From IMG/VR virus record IMGVR_UViG_3300045256_000094: 64,000 bases of DNA; one strand, 5' to 3'. Position 1 is the first letter of the stretch. Each line of letters starts with the position of its first letter. The position numbers were made by a program, and so were the translations under genes. Positions 9,668 to 19,261 of this stretch are shown piece by piece. The notes beneath the pieces are model-generated. The model was not told where the DNA came from. It was given only the letters and a program-made list of their open reading frames with translations, and searched no databases. Source of the DNA: a virus.

Positions 9668-10417
9668 ATGCTCACGTTCAAAGAGTTCATGATGGCCGAA
9701 AGCGGTGGGTTCGGGGGAAGCACCCGATACGGCACCGGCACGGGCCGAACTTTCTCGCTGGGTAGGGGCATGTTGCACAACCGGCAGGCCGCTTCCAGAA
9801 TGTACTCGCCGAAGCCGCCCATCGGTGTTGACTTCGATGCGTGGTTCCACCACCACCTAAGTAACATAGCAAACGTCTTGGAGTTCTTGTACCACCGTTA
9901 CGAGGCCAACGACCTTGTGGTGGTCAACAAGAAGTTGTGTTTGGCCTCCTCGGAGATCGAACACTGGCACGAGCATACCGTGAAGAAGCTCATTCAGAAC
10001 GGCGTGCTGGTGCAGATGCCGTCCCAGAACGTGATGTGCCGCTGGCTGGAGCGTGACCTGTCGGACTCGGTGCCCAGCTTTGAACACCACCAGCCGGTTG
10101 CGGCGAAAGACGGCACGACCAAAGCTAAGAGCATGTTCTTCACCACCGAGGAGACGCTGAACCGCCTCGCCCAGAACCCGGAAATGGTGGCAGAACTGCG
10201 TGAATGGATCGCACACGGGCGTATGGCAAAAGAAGCCACGCCGCTGACGGGGATTGTGTTCTACGCTGTGGACACGCAGCGGATCGTACTCCTCATGCAG
10301 CGGCAACAGGACATCGCCGGGGCCATGAACGTCGCAGGTCAGGCAACGAACCTCGCCTTCCAGCCGGGTGCCTACCAAGCAAACCCAAACTCGAACGTAA
10401 GATTTTCAGGACACTAA
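9668..10417 (+). CDS. hypothetical protein with the MxTFKEF N-terminal motif
   Basis: Starts MLTFKEFMMAE. Its stop overlaps the next start (TAATG). Confidence 0.5.
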   Translation: MLTFKEFMMAESGGFGGSTRYGTGTGRTFSLGRGMLHNRQAASRMYSPKPPIGVDFDAWFHHHLSNIANVLEFLYHRYEANDLVVVNKKLCLASSEIEHWHEHTVKKLIQNGVLVQMPSQNVMCRWLERDLSDSVPSFEHHQPVAAKDGTTKAKSMFFTTEETLNRLAQNPEMVAELREWIAHGRMAKEATPLTGIVFYAVDTQRIVLLMQRQQDIAGAMNVAGQATNLAFQPGAYQANPNSNVRFSGH

Positions 10418-10836
10418 TGACTACCTTCAGAGAATTCATTAACGAGCAAGATGAAGACCCCTATCAGGAGTTCCTGAAGATGCGTCAGGGCTTGGGCTGG
10501 GGCGATCTGAAACAAGCCCCTCGTGGCACCGCTGCGGCCGTGGAAGAGACGCCGCCGCCGACTCGGGCCGGGACACGCAACCCGCTGGAAGTGAAACTCT
10601 CCAACGAAGTCCAGACCGGGCACAAGATGGGCGGCGTGGTATCACGAGCGGTCATCGCCCGTATGACGGCGAACAACCCGGAAGCCCTCCGCTCGTTCAT
10701 CGCCCCTGACCGCCTCAAGGCCGGTCAGGCTTACCCGTTCATCCAACAGCGTCAGGCCGGTCGGGATGTCGGCGGCATCGTGTACAACCAGATGTTCCCG
10801 CTGCACAGCCTGCTCCGGCTCCTCAACCTTCACTAA
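10417..10836 (+). CDS. hypothetical protein with the MTTFREF N-terminal motif
   Basis: Starts MTTFREFINEQ; the ATG at 10417 overlaps the upstream stop codon. Confidence 0.5.
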   Translation: MTTFREFINEQDEDPYQEFLKMRQGLGWGDLKQAPRGTAAAVEETPPPTRAGTRNPLEVKLSNEVQTGHKMGGVVSRAVIARMTANNPEALRSFIAPDRLKAGQAYPFIQQRQAGRDVGGIVYNQMFPLHSLLRLLNLH

Positions 10837-11633
10837 ATGATGGCCGCTAACTCCCTGGTGCCTTGCTGATACCATCTCAGGTATTCATCAATCGCCAGGG
10901 ATTTTTTTATGCGCATCGGCCGTCGCTCTAGGGTTTTGGATTTGTCTTCCGGCGGCGACGTGATGCCGTCAACCATACCAGCAATGCAATACAGATAGTC
11001 AGGATCATCGGTACTCAGGTACTTGTACAGGAAGTAGTCGAAGTGTGCCTTCGACTTCTCGTAGATGGTGCTGCCGCCCATGAACACGCCCTGGTCCCAC
11101 TCCGAGCCGTGCTTACGCAACGTCATGTACACGTCCCGGTACTTGTGGTAGCAGAAGAACTTCCCCCTGACGACGTGTTTGCCAATCGTCGGCTTGGTCA
11201 AGTAGTTCTGGATGCAGGTGTACCCGGCAGCCGTGAGCCGGTGGAAGTGTTCCACGTCGGGCGTCGGGCTGTCCACGAACGGGTAAACCCGCATGATCTC
11301 CGTGCGCAACACTTTCAGTGCGAGGATGCGTTTCTCAGTGAGCGTATCCCAGAGCGGGAACAGGATCGAGTGCCAGTTCGGATCATGGGAGTATTTGTCA
11401 ATCGCCCGGTTGATCCGCTCGAAGGCGTCGGGTTCAAGGATCATGTCGGCGTCCAGCGGCACGAGGTACGGGGTGCTGGCCGACAGCAGCATCAGGTTGA
11501 GGGCTTTGATCTGCGGTGTGACGTTCCTCACTTCCCGGAACTCGATCTGGTCCCGAAAGGGGGCGATGGCGGCAAGGCACTCTTTTTCCGTCTCCTCGCC
11601 GCACGTCATTAAACAGAAAGTCACTCGCTTCAT
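10833..11633 (-). CDS. putative glycosyltransferase (GT-A-like, DxD motif)
   Basis: 266 aa; LVPLDADMIL is a DxD-like motif. Confidence 0.45.
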   Translation of the reverse strand: MKRVTFCLMTCGEETEKECLAAIAPFRDQIEFREVRNVTPQIKALNLMLLSASTPYLVPLDADMILEPDAFERINRAIDKYSHDPNWHSILFPLWDTLTEKRILALKVLRTEIMRVYPFVDSPTPDVEHFHRLTAAGYTCIQNYLTKPTIGKHVVRGKFFCYHKYRDVYMTLRKHGSEWDQGVFMGGSTIYEKSKAHFDYFLYKYLSTDDPDYLYCIAGMVDGITSPPEDKSKTLERRPMRIKKSLAIDEYLRWYQQGTRELAAII

Positions 11634-12598
11634 GGCGTCAAAACGTAATCTACGAACTCGATCTCCATGTCCTTAATGAAACCCTCCTGCCGGTCCGACG
11701 GAATCTGTTGCTGATCCCAGACCAACTGCTTGAAGGCGGGCACGAGGAAGAAGTCGCTGAGCGGCGTCCTCTGGAACACTTCCTTAACGATCTTGAACTG
11801 GTGGAACCAGTAGTGGTAAGCCCGGATGGGGTCGATCTCCGGCCTCGTAAACATCTGCTCGTAACCCTTCTCGGCCAACTCCTCCCAGGACAGGAACAGG
11901 TGGATGAAGGCCCGGTTGAGTCCGGTCTTAAACAAATGACTGGCGTGTTTCGCACACCAGGGGTGGCAGCGGACGTAGACCACGCCCTTCGGCTTGAGCA
12001 GGCTCTTAACGTGGTTCATCACGTCAACTGGATCGTGGACGTGATCCAAAACGTCGTAGAGGAAGATGACATCGTAGTGTCCCTTCGTCAGCGACTTCCT
12101 GTCCGTAGTGAAGACCACGTTGCTCGGGTGCTTCTTCCAGGTCGGCGATTCCACGATGTCGTAGCCGGTCGTTGACACGACGCCCCGCTTCAGCACCCCG
12201 GCCGTGATCCACCCTTCGCCACAGCCGTAGTCCAAGAAGTGTAGTCCGTCCAGAGAGCCGGAAAGGGTCATGTCCAACACCGCCGTCGCCCGGTTGACCT
12301 GATCCTGGTCGTTCGGGGCACGCATCAGGTGGTTGGGCACAGCCAGCGGCCAACAGTCGATGGAGAACAGTTCCTCGGCGTGCTTCCGTCTGGCCTCTTT
12401 GTAAAGACGCTGTTCCTCTGCGACCTTCCTGTTGTGTTCTTCAAGTTGTTTGGCGTCCGCCTCGGCCTGTTGCTCGGGGGTCAACGCCTGGGCGACCACG
12501 GCCGGTTCTGGTGTAACCGGCTTGCCGAGTTGTTCTTCAATCTTGTCGCACGCCCGGCGGATGACTTCGAGGTACTTTCTTACTGCCTGCTCGTCCAT
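11630..12598 (-). CDS. class I SAM-dependent methyltransferase (paralog 2) with N-terminal coiled coil
   Basis: FLDYGCGEGW, DVLDHV and EFVDYVLTP. The start was trimmed to MDEQAV, which gives a TAATG overlap with the upstream gene. Confidence 0.72.
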   Translation of the reverse strand: MDEQAVRKYLEVIRRACDKIEEQLGKPVTPEPAVVAQALTPEQQAEADAKQLEEHNRKVAEEQRLYKEARRKHAEELFSIDCWPLAVPNHLMRAPNDQDQVNRATAVLDMTLSGSLDGLHFLDYGCGEGWITAGVLKRGVVSTTGYDIVESPTWKKHPSNVVFTTDRKSLTKGHYDVIFLYDVLDHVHDPVDVMNHVKSLLKPKGVVYVRCHPWCAKHASHLFKTGLNRAFIHLFLSWEELAEKGYEQMFTRPEIDPIRAYHYWFHQFKIVKEVFQRTPLSDFFLVPAFKQLVWDQQQIPSDRQEGFIKDMEIEFVDYVLTP

Positions 12599-13401
12599 TA
12601 GACCCCCACGTTGTTTGCCACCACCTGCTGATACAGTCCCCACGCCCGGTGGTTGGGCAGTCGGTTGGCCTGGGTGAAGTGGATGCCGCCCTCTTTCCCC
12701 GTCGGCTTCTGCTGGAAGTCACGGGCCAGGATTTCCACGATCAGCTTCTTGTCGATCCGCACGCTCGGGCTGCGGCTCAGGGCGTACATCAAAAGCCCCT
12801 GCTCGTCGGCCTGCGAGATGTTCGTAAACTTCCCGTGATGCTCCCAGGCGTTTCGGATCGCCCGGCCGAAGTCGTACCCAGGGTAGAAGCCCATCAGCCC
12901 GCTGTTCAGGAACGGCTCCTTCTCCGGGAACAGGTGGTCGTACCGGCCGTAGAACCGGATCGGTTCTTCGAGGATCAACACCTTGTCCTTCGCCGCCAGA
13001 AACTCCTGAATCGGCTTGAGGTTTTGTAACAGCACGATGTCGTTGTCCATGACGATCTCGTGCGTCTCCATACGCATCCGGGCCGGGCACGCCTTCCACA
13101 GCGTCCCGCCGCAGCGGTTGCCGTTCCACTCGAATGAGCCGTCGTCCCGTTGCGGGCTGCGACACTCTTCCTCAATCGGACAGGTCTGCCAGTCCTGCTT
13201 GAAGAAGTGGACCGGCTTGTCCTTCACTCCTTGTTTAAGGAGTTCCAGATTTTCCGGGGAGATGTTATTATAACAGATCATCCAGTCGAACGTGTCCACG
13301 CCGAATGCCTTCTGGGTCATTCGGACTGACTCGATCAGAATGTGGACCCCTTGCGGCAGCGTAGGTCCGATTGTCCAGCGGAACAGCGGTTTTGCGGTCA
13401 T
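12598..13401 (-). CDS. putative glycosyltransferase, FRWTxG / CYNN / xDNDxLL family (paralog A of 3)
   Basis: MTAKPLFRWTIGP...ICYNNISPENLELL...VMDNDIVLL. Paralogs at 21793 and 27509. Confidence 0.5.
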   Translation of the reverse strand: MTAKPLFRWTIGPTLPQGVHILIESVRMTQKAFGVDTFDWMICYNNISPENLELLKQGVKDKPVHFFKQDWQTCPIEEECRSPQRDDGSFEWNGNRCGGTLWKACPARMRMETHEIVMDNDIVLLQNLKPIQEFLAAKDKVLILEEPIRFYGRYDHLFPEKEPFLNSGLMGFYPGYDFGRAIRNAWEHHGKFTNISQADEQGLLMYALSRSPSVRIDKKLIVEILARDFQQKPTGKEGGIHFTQANRLPNHRAWGLYQQVVANNVGV

Positions 13402-13418
13402 ATTGTAATAGAGGAAGA

Positions 13419-14420
13419 ATGCACCAAGAACAGTGGAACGAGTTAGCAAAATACGGGCAGCAGCTTGATTTCAACCTGAAGCGGCTCAACGAAACCAAAG
13501 ACGAGATCGTCAGGGTTCAAGCTATTCTGCAATCCATCATCCAATTGCAGAACAACGACCTGCGGGTAGCTGTGAACCGGCTGGCCGACAGGTTCACCCT
13601 CATGGAACAGCAACTTGCCAACCACGGGCTGCCCAAGATCGACTACTACGACCACGAATTCACGTCGATCAGGAAGCTCGCTGAAAGCCCCGACTGGCCC
13701 CTCGCCGTCGAGGAGATGGTCCGAGACGAGAACTACGAGAAGGCGAAGGCGGCGAACATCCTCGACATGATCGTGATCGAGAACGTGGCCGGAAAGCGTG
13801 TCCTTGATTTCGGTTGTGGCGAAGGCTACCTCACGTCGGCCATCGCAACCAGGGGTGCGGCACTCGCCGTCGGGTACGACCCGGCAGGCAAAGACGAGCG
13901 GTTCCAGAACAAACTCTTGACTAAGGACAAGCTCGTCGCCGCCAACAACGCCCCGTATGACTTCATCGTAGTCTATGATGTGCTGGATCACTGCGAAGAC
14001 CCGGTGGCCGCACTGAAGTTCATTGAGGACTTGGCGTCCATGCAGACGAAGGTGATCGTCCGCAACCACCCGTTCAGTTCCCGCCACGGCAAGCACCTGT
14101 TCACGACCCTCAACCGGGCATTCTTACACATGGTTCTCGACGACATCGAGCTAGTGCGGCTGTGCGGGTCGGCTGGAATGCCGACCAGACCGATCCTGCG
14201 GCCCGTGGCCGAGTACCGTGGGTGGCTCGCCAACACCAAGTTCAACATCGAATTGGAGACGCCGGTGACGACCCCGGTCGAACCGTTCTTCTTGAACCCG
14301 GACAACTACCTCGTCCGGGACAAGCTGGTCGGGAAGTACCAGGGGGAAGACCCGACCCGTTACATGCAAATCGACTTCATGGATTACGTCCTAAAGAAGC
14401 GGACGCAGGTTGTTATATGA
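13419..14420 (+). CDS. class I SAM-dependent methyltransferase (paralog 3)
   Basis: VLDFGCGEGY, DVLDHC and DFMDYVLKK. A GAGGAAG ribosome-binding site lies upstream of the MHQEQW start. Confidence 0.72.
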   Translation: MHQEQWNELAKYGQQLDFNLKRLNETKDEIVRVQAILQSIIQLQNNDLRVAVNRLADRFTLMEQQLANHGLPKIDYYDHEFTSIRKLAESPDWPLAVEEMVRDENYEKAKAANILDMIVIENVAGKRVLDFGCGEGYLTSAIATRGAALAVGYDPAGKDERFQNKLLTKDKLVAANNAPYDFIVVYDVLDHCEDPVAALKFIEDLASMQTKVIVRNHPFSSRHGKHLFTTLNRAFLHMVLDDIELVRLCGSAGMPTRPILRPVAEYRGWLANTKFNIELETPVTTPVEPFFLNPDNYLVRDKLVGKYQGEDPTRYMQIDFMDYVLKKRTQVVI

Positions 14421-15201
14421 TGACCTTCCGGCCTCGCATCCCCTCAACGATGTCACGCAGCTTGGGGATGTTGGGCCAGAACTTGTCCCTGGACGGCAGG
14501 TTGTTGAATTGCTTAACATCGGCCGGGACGGTCTTGTGAACCCTGTACTCGGCCAACAGATTATACTTCTTACAAATCTGGTTGGCCTCCTCGATGGAGG
14601 ACTCGTAGGTGAGGTTGTTACGGTAGTAGTTGTCGCCGTGGAAGCACGCCCTGGTGTGGACGGCGGGCGTCTCGTCAATAATTCCGATCTTGTCCGTCGG
14701 GTTCCCCAATACCATGTTCCACATGAACTCGATGCCCCAATGGGAGTCGTTCTCAGTGAAGGTGTGCTTGAGAGCCTGGAGGCAGACCCGTGAGTAGATC
14801 GGGCACATGATCTCCACCCAATTCGTGAACCGGACTCGGGAGAACGGGACGGCGGCACTGATGGGGATCGAGATGAAGCCGATGATGCCGGGTTGGGCCA
14901 GCATCAGGTCGAACTCCTTGAACGTCCTGAACATCTGGCAGACGCCCTCTGCACTGAGGTAAATGTCGTCGTCCGGCACCCAGATGTTCTGGTAGTGATC
15001 GAGCAAGTCCGGGTTCGCTTCCAGGGCTTGTAACAGAATCTTGTACTTCGTACCCTTGTAGGTCGAGTAGAAGTTCCCTTCCTTCTCGTACCGCCCGGCG
15101 ATCTCGCCGTAGTAGTTGATGTAAACGTCGAAGTCCGGGCAGTGGAGCCAGTGCTGGTGGAGGGAGGAGTCACCAGCGGCGACGAACACGAGATTTTTCA
15201 T
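14413..15201 (-). CDS. putative glycosyltransferase (DUF707-like)
   Basis: 262 aa; IWVPDDDIYL acidic motif. Confidence 0.45.
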   Translation of the reverse strand: MKNLVFVAAGDSSLHQHWLHCPDFDVYINYYGEIAGRYEKEGNFYSTYKGTKYKILLQALEANPDLLDHYQNIWVPDDDIYLSAEGVCQMFRTFKEFDLMLAQPGIIGFISIPISAAVPFSRVRFTNWVEIMCPIYSRVCLQALKHTFTENDSHWGIEFMWNMVLGNPTDKIGIIDETPAVHTRACFHGDNYYRNNLTYESSIEEANQICKKYNLLAEYRVHKTVPADVKQFNNLPSRDKFWPNIPKLRDIVEGMRGRKVII

Positions 15202-15932
15202 AGGCTGTAACCCAATTCCTTTGCGTAAGTCTCAAGCTCGGAACGGACGAGCCGGGACGACAGGTCGTCAGGCGAGAACTTCTTGCAGTTCTTCTTGTAA
15301 AAAGTGTTCTCGTCCTGTTGGACGGCCGGGGCGGTGCGGCCAATGAACTCGCCAAGTTTAACAGATGCGTCTTCGATCTTCAAGAATAAGTGGTTGCGAT
15401 TCTTGAGCAGGTCTTGGATCATGCCGTTCCACCGGATGTAGTACATCGCACACCGCTCGACCGGACTGAGGGCAGAATTCATCAACTCCGGGACCACGGC
15501 GTAGATGACATTTTCGTACCGACGAGTGATCTCGTTCCACGGGCAGGGCATGTGGTAGCTGAAGTAGTCCAGGTAGTGACAAAAAGACTGGATAACGGCG
15601 ACCGGGTGGCGAACCACATGAACCATCTGCGTGTCCTTCAGGCAGTCGTGGTTGAGGTACGGGGCTGCCAGATAGCTCGACTCGGCCCGCAACTGACCGG
15701 AATCGACGTAAGCCTCAAGGCGGGTGATGGTTCCGTCCGGGTGGACACGCATCTGGGACGCATCGCTCAGTGAAACCGGCTCTAAGCCGCTGAGTCGTCC
15801 GAGGGCGGCACCCAGCCCCCGGTAGTCGAAGATGGCTTCGTGCCCGCAGGGGATTCCCGCCGCCGAGAGGTATTTTGCACAATAAACTGTTCCGCACCGG
15901 CCCGTGCCTGTGATAAGATAGTCGAGCTTCAT
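15198..15932 (-). CDS. sulfotransferase-like protein
   Basis: The N-terminal MKLDYLITGTGRCGTVY resembles a 5'-PSB/P-loop motif. Shares an ATGA overlap with the downstream gene. Confidence 0.45.
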   Translation of the reverse strand: MKLDYLITGTGRCGTVYCAKYLSAAGIPCGHEAIFDYRGLGAALGRLSGLEPVSLSDASQMRVHPDGTITRLEAYVDSGQLRAESSYLAAPYLNHDCLKDTQMVHVVRHPVAVIQSFCHYLDYFSYHMPCPWNEITRRYENVIYAVVPELMNSALSPVERCAMYYIRWNGMIQDLLKNRNHLFLKIEDASVKLGEFIGRTAPAVQQDENTFYKKNCKKFSPDDLSSRLVRSELETYAKELGYSL

Positions 15933-15955
15933 GACCTAAAAGAGAAGGGGACCGC

Positions 15956-16681
15956 ATGATTCTGGACGAGCTACACAAGAAGAAACTGATCGCACCGCCG
16001 CACTTCATCCTGGCGAACACTCAGTACCTCACGATCATGGGCAGCAACGCCTACGGCGTGGCGGACACGAACGTCAAGGACAAGGTGCCGGACTTCGATG
16101 TCTACGGCTTCTGCATCCCGCCGAAGGAGTACATCTTCCCGCACCTGCGTGGGGAGATTCCGGGGTTCGGGACGGCCGGGACGAAGTTCGACCAGTGGCA
16201 GCAGCCCCACATCCTCGACCCGGACGCCAACATGGGCCGGGGCAAGGAGTGGGACTTCCAAATCTTCAACATCGTGAAGATGTTCGAACTCTGCCGCCAG
16301 GGCAACCCGAACATGCTGGACTCCCTGTTCACCCCGGAGAACTGCATCGTTCACATCACCCAGGTCGGCCGGAAGGTCCGGGACAATCGGAAGCTGTTCG
16401 TTAGCAAACTGGTCTGGGACAAGTTCCGGGGCTACGCCTTCTCCCAGATGGCAAAGCTAGAAAGCAAACAAAGCCGTGGACTTAACGCAGTGAAGAAATT
16501 CGAAGAAGACCACGAGATCAGCAATAAGACCAAAATGCAAGATATTTTGGCGGAAATTCGCAGACGTGGCTTAAAGTTCGAGCCATCTAACGTAAATAAG
16601 CGTAGTCAGCGATTAAAGGAGATACATGGCTCGACCAAAAGGGATTCCGATGTCGGAGGAACAGAAACGTCAACAGAGTGA
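15956..16681 (+). CDS. PF10127-type nucleotidyltransferase, N-terminal half (RNA-repair-associated Pol-beta superfamily); probably interrupted
   Basis: IMGSNAYGVADTNVKDKVPDFDVYGF (GS...D.D NTase motif). The 3' part of the ORF runs into a low-GC insertion that carries a homing endonuclease. Confidence 0.5.
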   Translation: MILDELHKKKLIAPPHFILANTQYLTIMGSNAYGVADTNVKDKVPDFDVYGFCIPPKEYIFPHLRGEIPGFGTAGTKFDQWQQPHILDPDANMGRGKEWDFQIFNIVKMFELCRQGNPNMLDSLFTPENCIVHITQVGRKVRDNRKLFVSKLVWDKFRGYAFSQMAKLESKQSRGLNAVKKFEEDHEISNKTKMQDILAEIRRRGLKFEPSNVNKRSQRLKEIHGSTKRDSDVGGTETSTE

Positions 16682-17225
16682 GCGATTTCGTGGAGATGGA
16701 AATCCTTTCCACGGTCGTAAGCACTCTCAGGACAGCATCGCCAAGATGTCTGGAACAAGGGGGGAGATAGCGGGTCAAAACAACCCTCTGGTTCGTGCGA
16801 TACAGAACGATCCAGAAAAGGTTAAACAACTCAGCGACCTGCGTAAGAAGATTTGGGCAGATATGTTGCCTGAAAAGAAAAATGCTATCTTTGCTAAGAA
16901 ACGAACAGGCGTAGGAGAAATCAGCGGAGAGTTCTGGGCACGGGTAAAAAGTAATGCAAAGTCCCGTGGACACGCAGTCGAGATCACCGTACAGCAAGCG
17001 TGGGACTTATTCTGTACACAAGGCAAATCTTGTGCGTTATCGGGAGAGCCGCTGAGTTTTGATAAATCCAACTGCACAGCTTCGCTGGATAGGAAAGATT
17101 CTTCCAAGAACTACACCCTGGACAATGTTCAGTGGGTACACAAAACAGTAAACAAAATGAAAAACACACTCTCAGATACAGAGCTTCGAGAGTGGTGTTT
17201 GAAAATCACGAGGAGTATAACATGA
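16440..17225 (+). mobile_element. low-GC insertion carrying an HNH homing endonuclease gene (possible intron or free-standing HEG that splits a gene)
   Basis: GC falls to roughly 40-45%, compared with about 58% in the flanks. It sits between two halves of one nucleotidyltransferase. Confidence 0.5.
16626..17225 (+). CDS. HNH homing endonuclease with NUMOD3 repeats
   Basis: The N-terminal region has NUMOD3-like GIPMSEEQKRQQSE and GRKHSQDSIAKMS repeats. The C-terminal region has the HNH motif ASLDRKDSSKNYTLDNVQWVHKTVN. Confidence 0.75.
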   Translation: MARPKGIPMSEEQKRQQSERFRGDGNPFHGRKHSQDSIAKMSGTRGEIAGQNNPLVRAIQNDPEKVKQLSDLRKKIWADMLPEKKNAIFAKKRTGVGEISGEFWARVKSNAKSRGHAVEITVQQAWDLFCTQGKSCALSGEPLSFDKSNCTASLDRKDSSKNYTLDNVQWVHKTVNKMKNTLSDTELREWCLKITRSIT

Positions 17226-17680
17226 ATAACCTTGAATCGCTTACTGATAAAGAACTGTTTGAGTATGCCCAACTCTACGACAACATGCTAGGTGAGAGCG
17301 AGCGAGCAGAGTATGTGAAGTTTCATTCTTACGACGTAAAGTTCGGCTATCATTTGTTAAGACTACTGGACGAAGCTCAGCAGCTTCTCGAAACCGGCGA
17401 GATGGACTTGCAGCGGGCGAAGGAGCCGATGAAGGCCATCCGGCGGGGCGAGTGGAAGAAGGAGGACTTGGTTAAGTGGGCGCAGGACAAGGCCGCAGAA
17501 CTTGACGTGGCGTTCACGAACACCAAGCTCCCCCAGAAGCCGGACGAAGTGCAACTCAAGAAGCTCCTGATCGAGTGCCTTGAGATGCACTACGGCTCGC
17601 TCGACAAGGCGTTCCACCTGCCCGGCAAGGAGGAACACCTGCTCCAGCAGATCGCTGCTATGGTGAGGGAATACGCCTAA
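17222..17680 (+). CDS. PF10127-type nucleotidyltransferase, C-terminal helical half
   Basis: YDVKFGYHLLRLLDEAQQLLETGEMDLQR...IRRGEWKKEDLVKWA matches the C-terminal region of that family. Its ATG overlaps the HEG stop (ATGA). Confidence 0.5.
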   Translation: MNNLESLTDKELFEYAQLYDNMLGESERAEYVKFHSYDVKFGYHLLRLLDEAQQLLETGEMDLQRAKEPMKAIRRGEWKKEDLVKWAQDKAAELDVAFTNTKLPQKPDEVQLKKLLIECLEMHYGSLDKAFHLPGKEEHLLQQIAAMVREYA

Positions 17681-17683
17681 AGA

Positions 17684-17744
17684 AACACAATCCATCAGTG
17701 TATTTTTCGCTCTCGGAAGTGAAGATACACTGATGGATTGTGTT
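17684..17744 (+). promoter_or_regulatory. perfect 20-bp inverted repeat (21-nt loop) enclosing the start codon of the next gene
   Basis: aacacaatccatcagtgtat (17684-17703) pairs with atacactgatggattgtgtt (17725-17744). The ATG at 17733 lies in the right arm and the purine-rich SD-like stretch lies in the loop. Confidence 0.4.
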
Positions 17745-18554
17745 GTGCCACTGCTGCTGTCCGCCGACTTGGGGCGGTTCGACCTGCTCTGCGACTCCAT
17801 TGCGCACTTCTACCCAAGCATCACCAACCTCTTTGCCATCGTCCGTGGCGATCCACCGAAGGCCCGCCACCCGTTCATTAAGTGGATCAAAGAGGAAGAA
17901 CTGCTCTCCCGAGATTGGCTCGCCCCCACGGTCGAAGGCTGGTATCGGCAGCAGGCATTGAAGCTGATCGCCCACAAACTCGTCACCACCGACTTTTACT
18001 GGTGCCTCGACGCTGACTGTTTCTTCGTGCGGCCCTTCGAGCCGAGGTTCATTATTGAAGACAACCGGGTCGGCATCCACGTTTACCGGAAGGGAGACAT
18101 AGACTGGTGGACGACGGACGCCGGGCAAGCCCTGGACGTGCCCCTCAAGCGGATGATCCACCACTACTACGACGTGACCCCGAACGTGTTCTCACGCCGG
18201 GCGATGATCGTCACCGAACAGTTCTTCATGATGAAGTTCGGCAGTTGGCAACGGGCGTTGTTGGAACGGCTGCCGTGGACGGAATACCAGCTTCACTATG
18301 GGCTGATGGAATACCTACGGCTGTTCACAATGTTCTACTTCTACGATCAGTTCAGCTACGGCAACAACATCATCTGGTATCGTGACGACATCAAAGACGT
18401 TAAACAACATGTGCAACGGCAGATGTACAAGAGCCACACCGGCTACATTTCGTTGATTCAGTCCAACCAAGCCACCCCGGTCCACGTCTACGCCGAGGAG
18501 GTAAGCCAACTCTGGCTTGACCCGTCAAAGCAGTACGATATTCCGGTGCTTTAA
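17733..18554 (+). CDS. hypothetical protein (glycosyltransferase-like, DxD motif)
   Basis: 273 aa; WCLDADCFF. Confidence 0.4.
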   Translation: MDCVVPLLLSADLGRFDLLCDSIAHFYPSITNLFAIVRGDPPKARHPFIKWIKEEELLSRDWLAPTVEGWYRQQALKLIAHKLVTTDFYWCLDADCFFVRPFEPRFIIEDNRVGIHVYRKGDIDWWTTDAGQALDVPLKRMIHHYYDVTPNVFSRRAMIVTEQFFMMKFGSWQRALLERLPWTEYQLHYGLMEYLRLFTMFYFYDQFSYGNNIIWYRDDIKDVKQHVQRQMYKSHTGYISLIQSNQATPVHVYAEEVSQLWLDPSKQYDIPVL

Positions 18555-19256
18555 CGTCTTGTACAACTCAACGAACTGGTCGTAGTACGGCTTAGCCCAG
18601 GATATGACCTTTGGTAACGGCGGGATGCGCAGAGACGACATCACATAGTTGTTTCTGATCGCCGATGTTGACCCGGCGTGCCAGAGGTAGACGTTGAGCG
18701 GCACGTTCGAGCTAACGTGCCGCAGCCCGAGTTCGACCGTGTAGCGGCTGGCGTACTCGTGGTGAAACAGGATGCGGGCGAGCATCTTGGGCGGGAGTTG
18801 CCGCAGCACCCCCACTCGGACTGCGTAGTTGCTGCACCACATCTTCTTGTTGTTGTCCCGCCAGTAGTGAAAGTTGCAGTGATCGGCGGTCTGGAACACC
18901 ATCACGTTCCACTCGAACATGTCGCAGTTCGGAGGGGCGGTGATCCCCTCCGAGTACCAGTCGTCGTCGTCCAGCGGGAGGATGAAGTCGTCGTCGCTGA
19001 GATTGTTATCCTTGAAGGTGGCGTTCAGGGCGTACATCGAGTTGAACTCGACGTTCAATATGTCCTCGTAGCCAATCACAGGGTAGCTGGCGAGGCTTTG
19101 CTTGCTGATCTCGGCCAGCCGTTTACGATAACTTCGCCACGAACGGCCAGCGATGTACTCCCACTGGTGTATTTTGTACGAAGTTAAACCAAACAGGTAC
19201 TCGCCGGTCGGGTTCGACCAATTTTCAAACCTTCGCCGCATCGGAATAACTCTCAT
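18525..19256 (-). CDS. hypothetical protein
   Basis: 243-aa ORF with an ILPLDDDDW acidic motif. Confidence 0.4.
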   Translation of the reverse strand: MRVIPMRRRFENWSNPTGEYLFGLTSYKIHQWEYIAGRSWRSYRKRLAEISKQSLASYPVIGYEDILNVEFNSMYALNATFKDNNLSDDDFILPLDDDDWYSEGITAPPNCDMFEWNVMVFQTADHCNFHYWRDNNKKMWCSNYAVRVGVLRQLPPKMLARILFHHEYASRYTVELGLRHVSSNVPLNVYLWHAGSTSAIRNNYVMSSLRIPPLPKVISWAKPYYDQFVELYKTLKHRNIVLL

Positions 19257-19261
19257 AGGGT

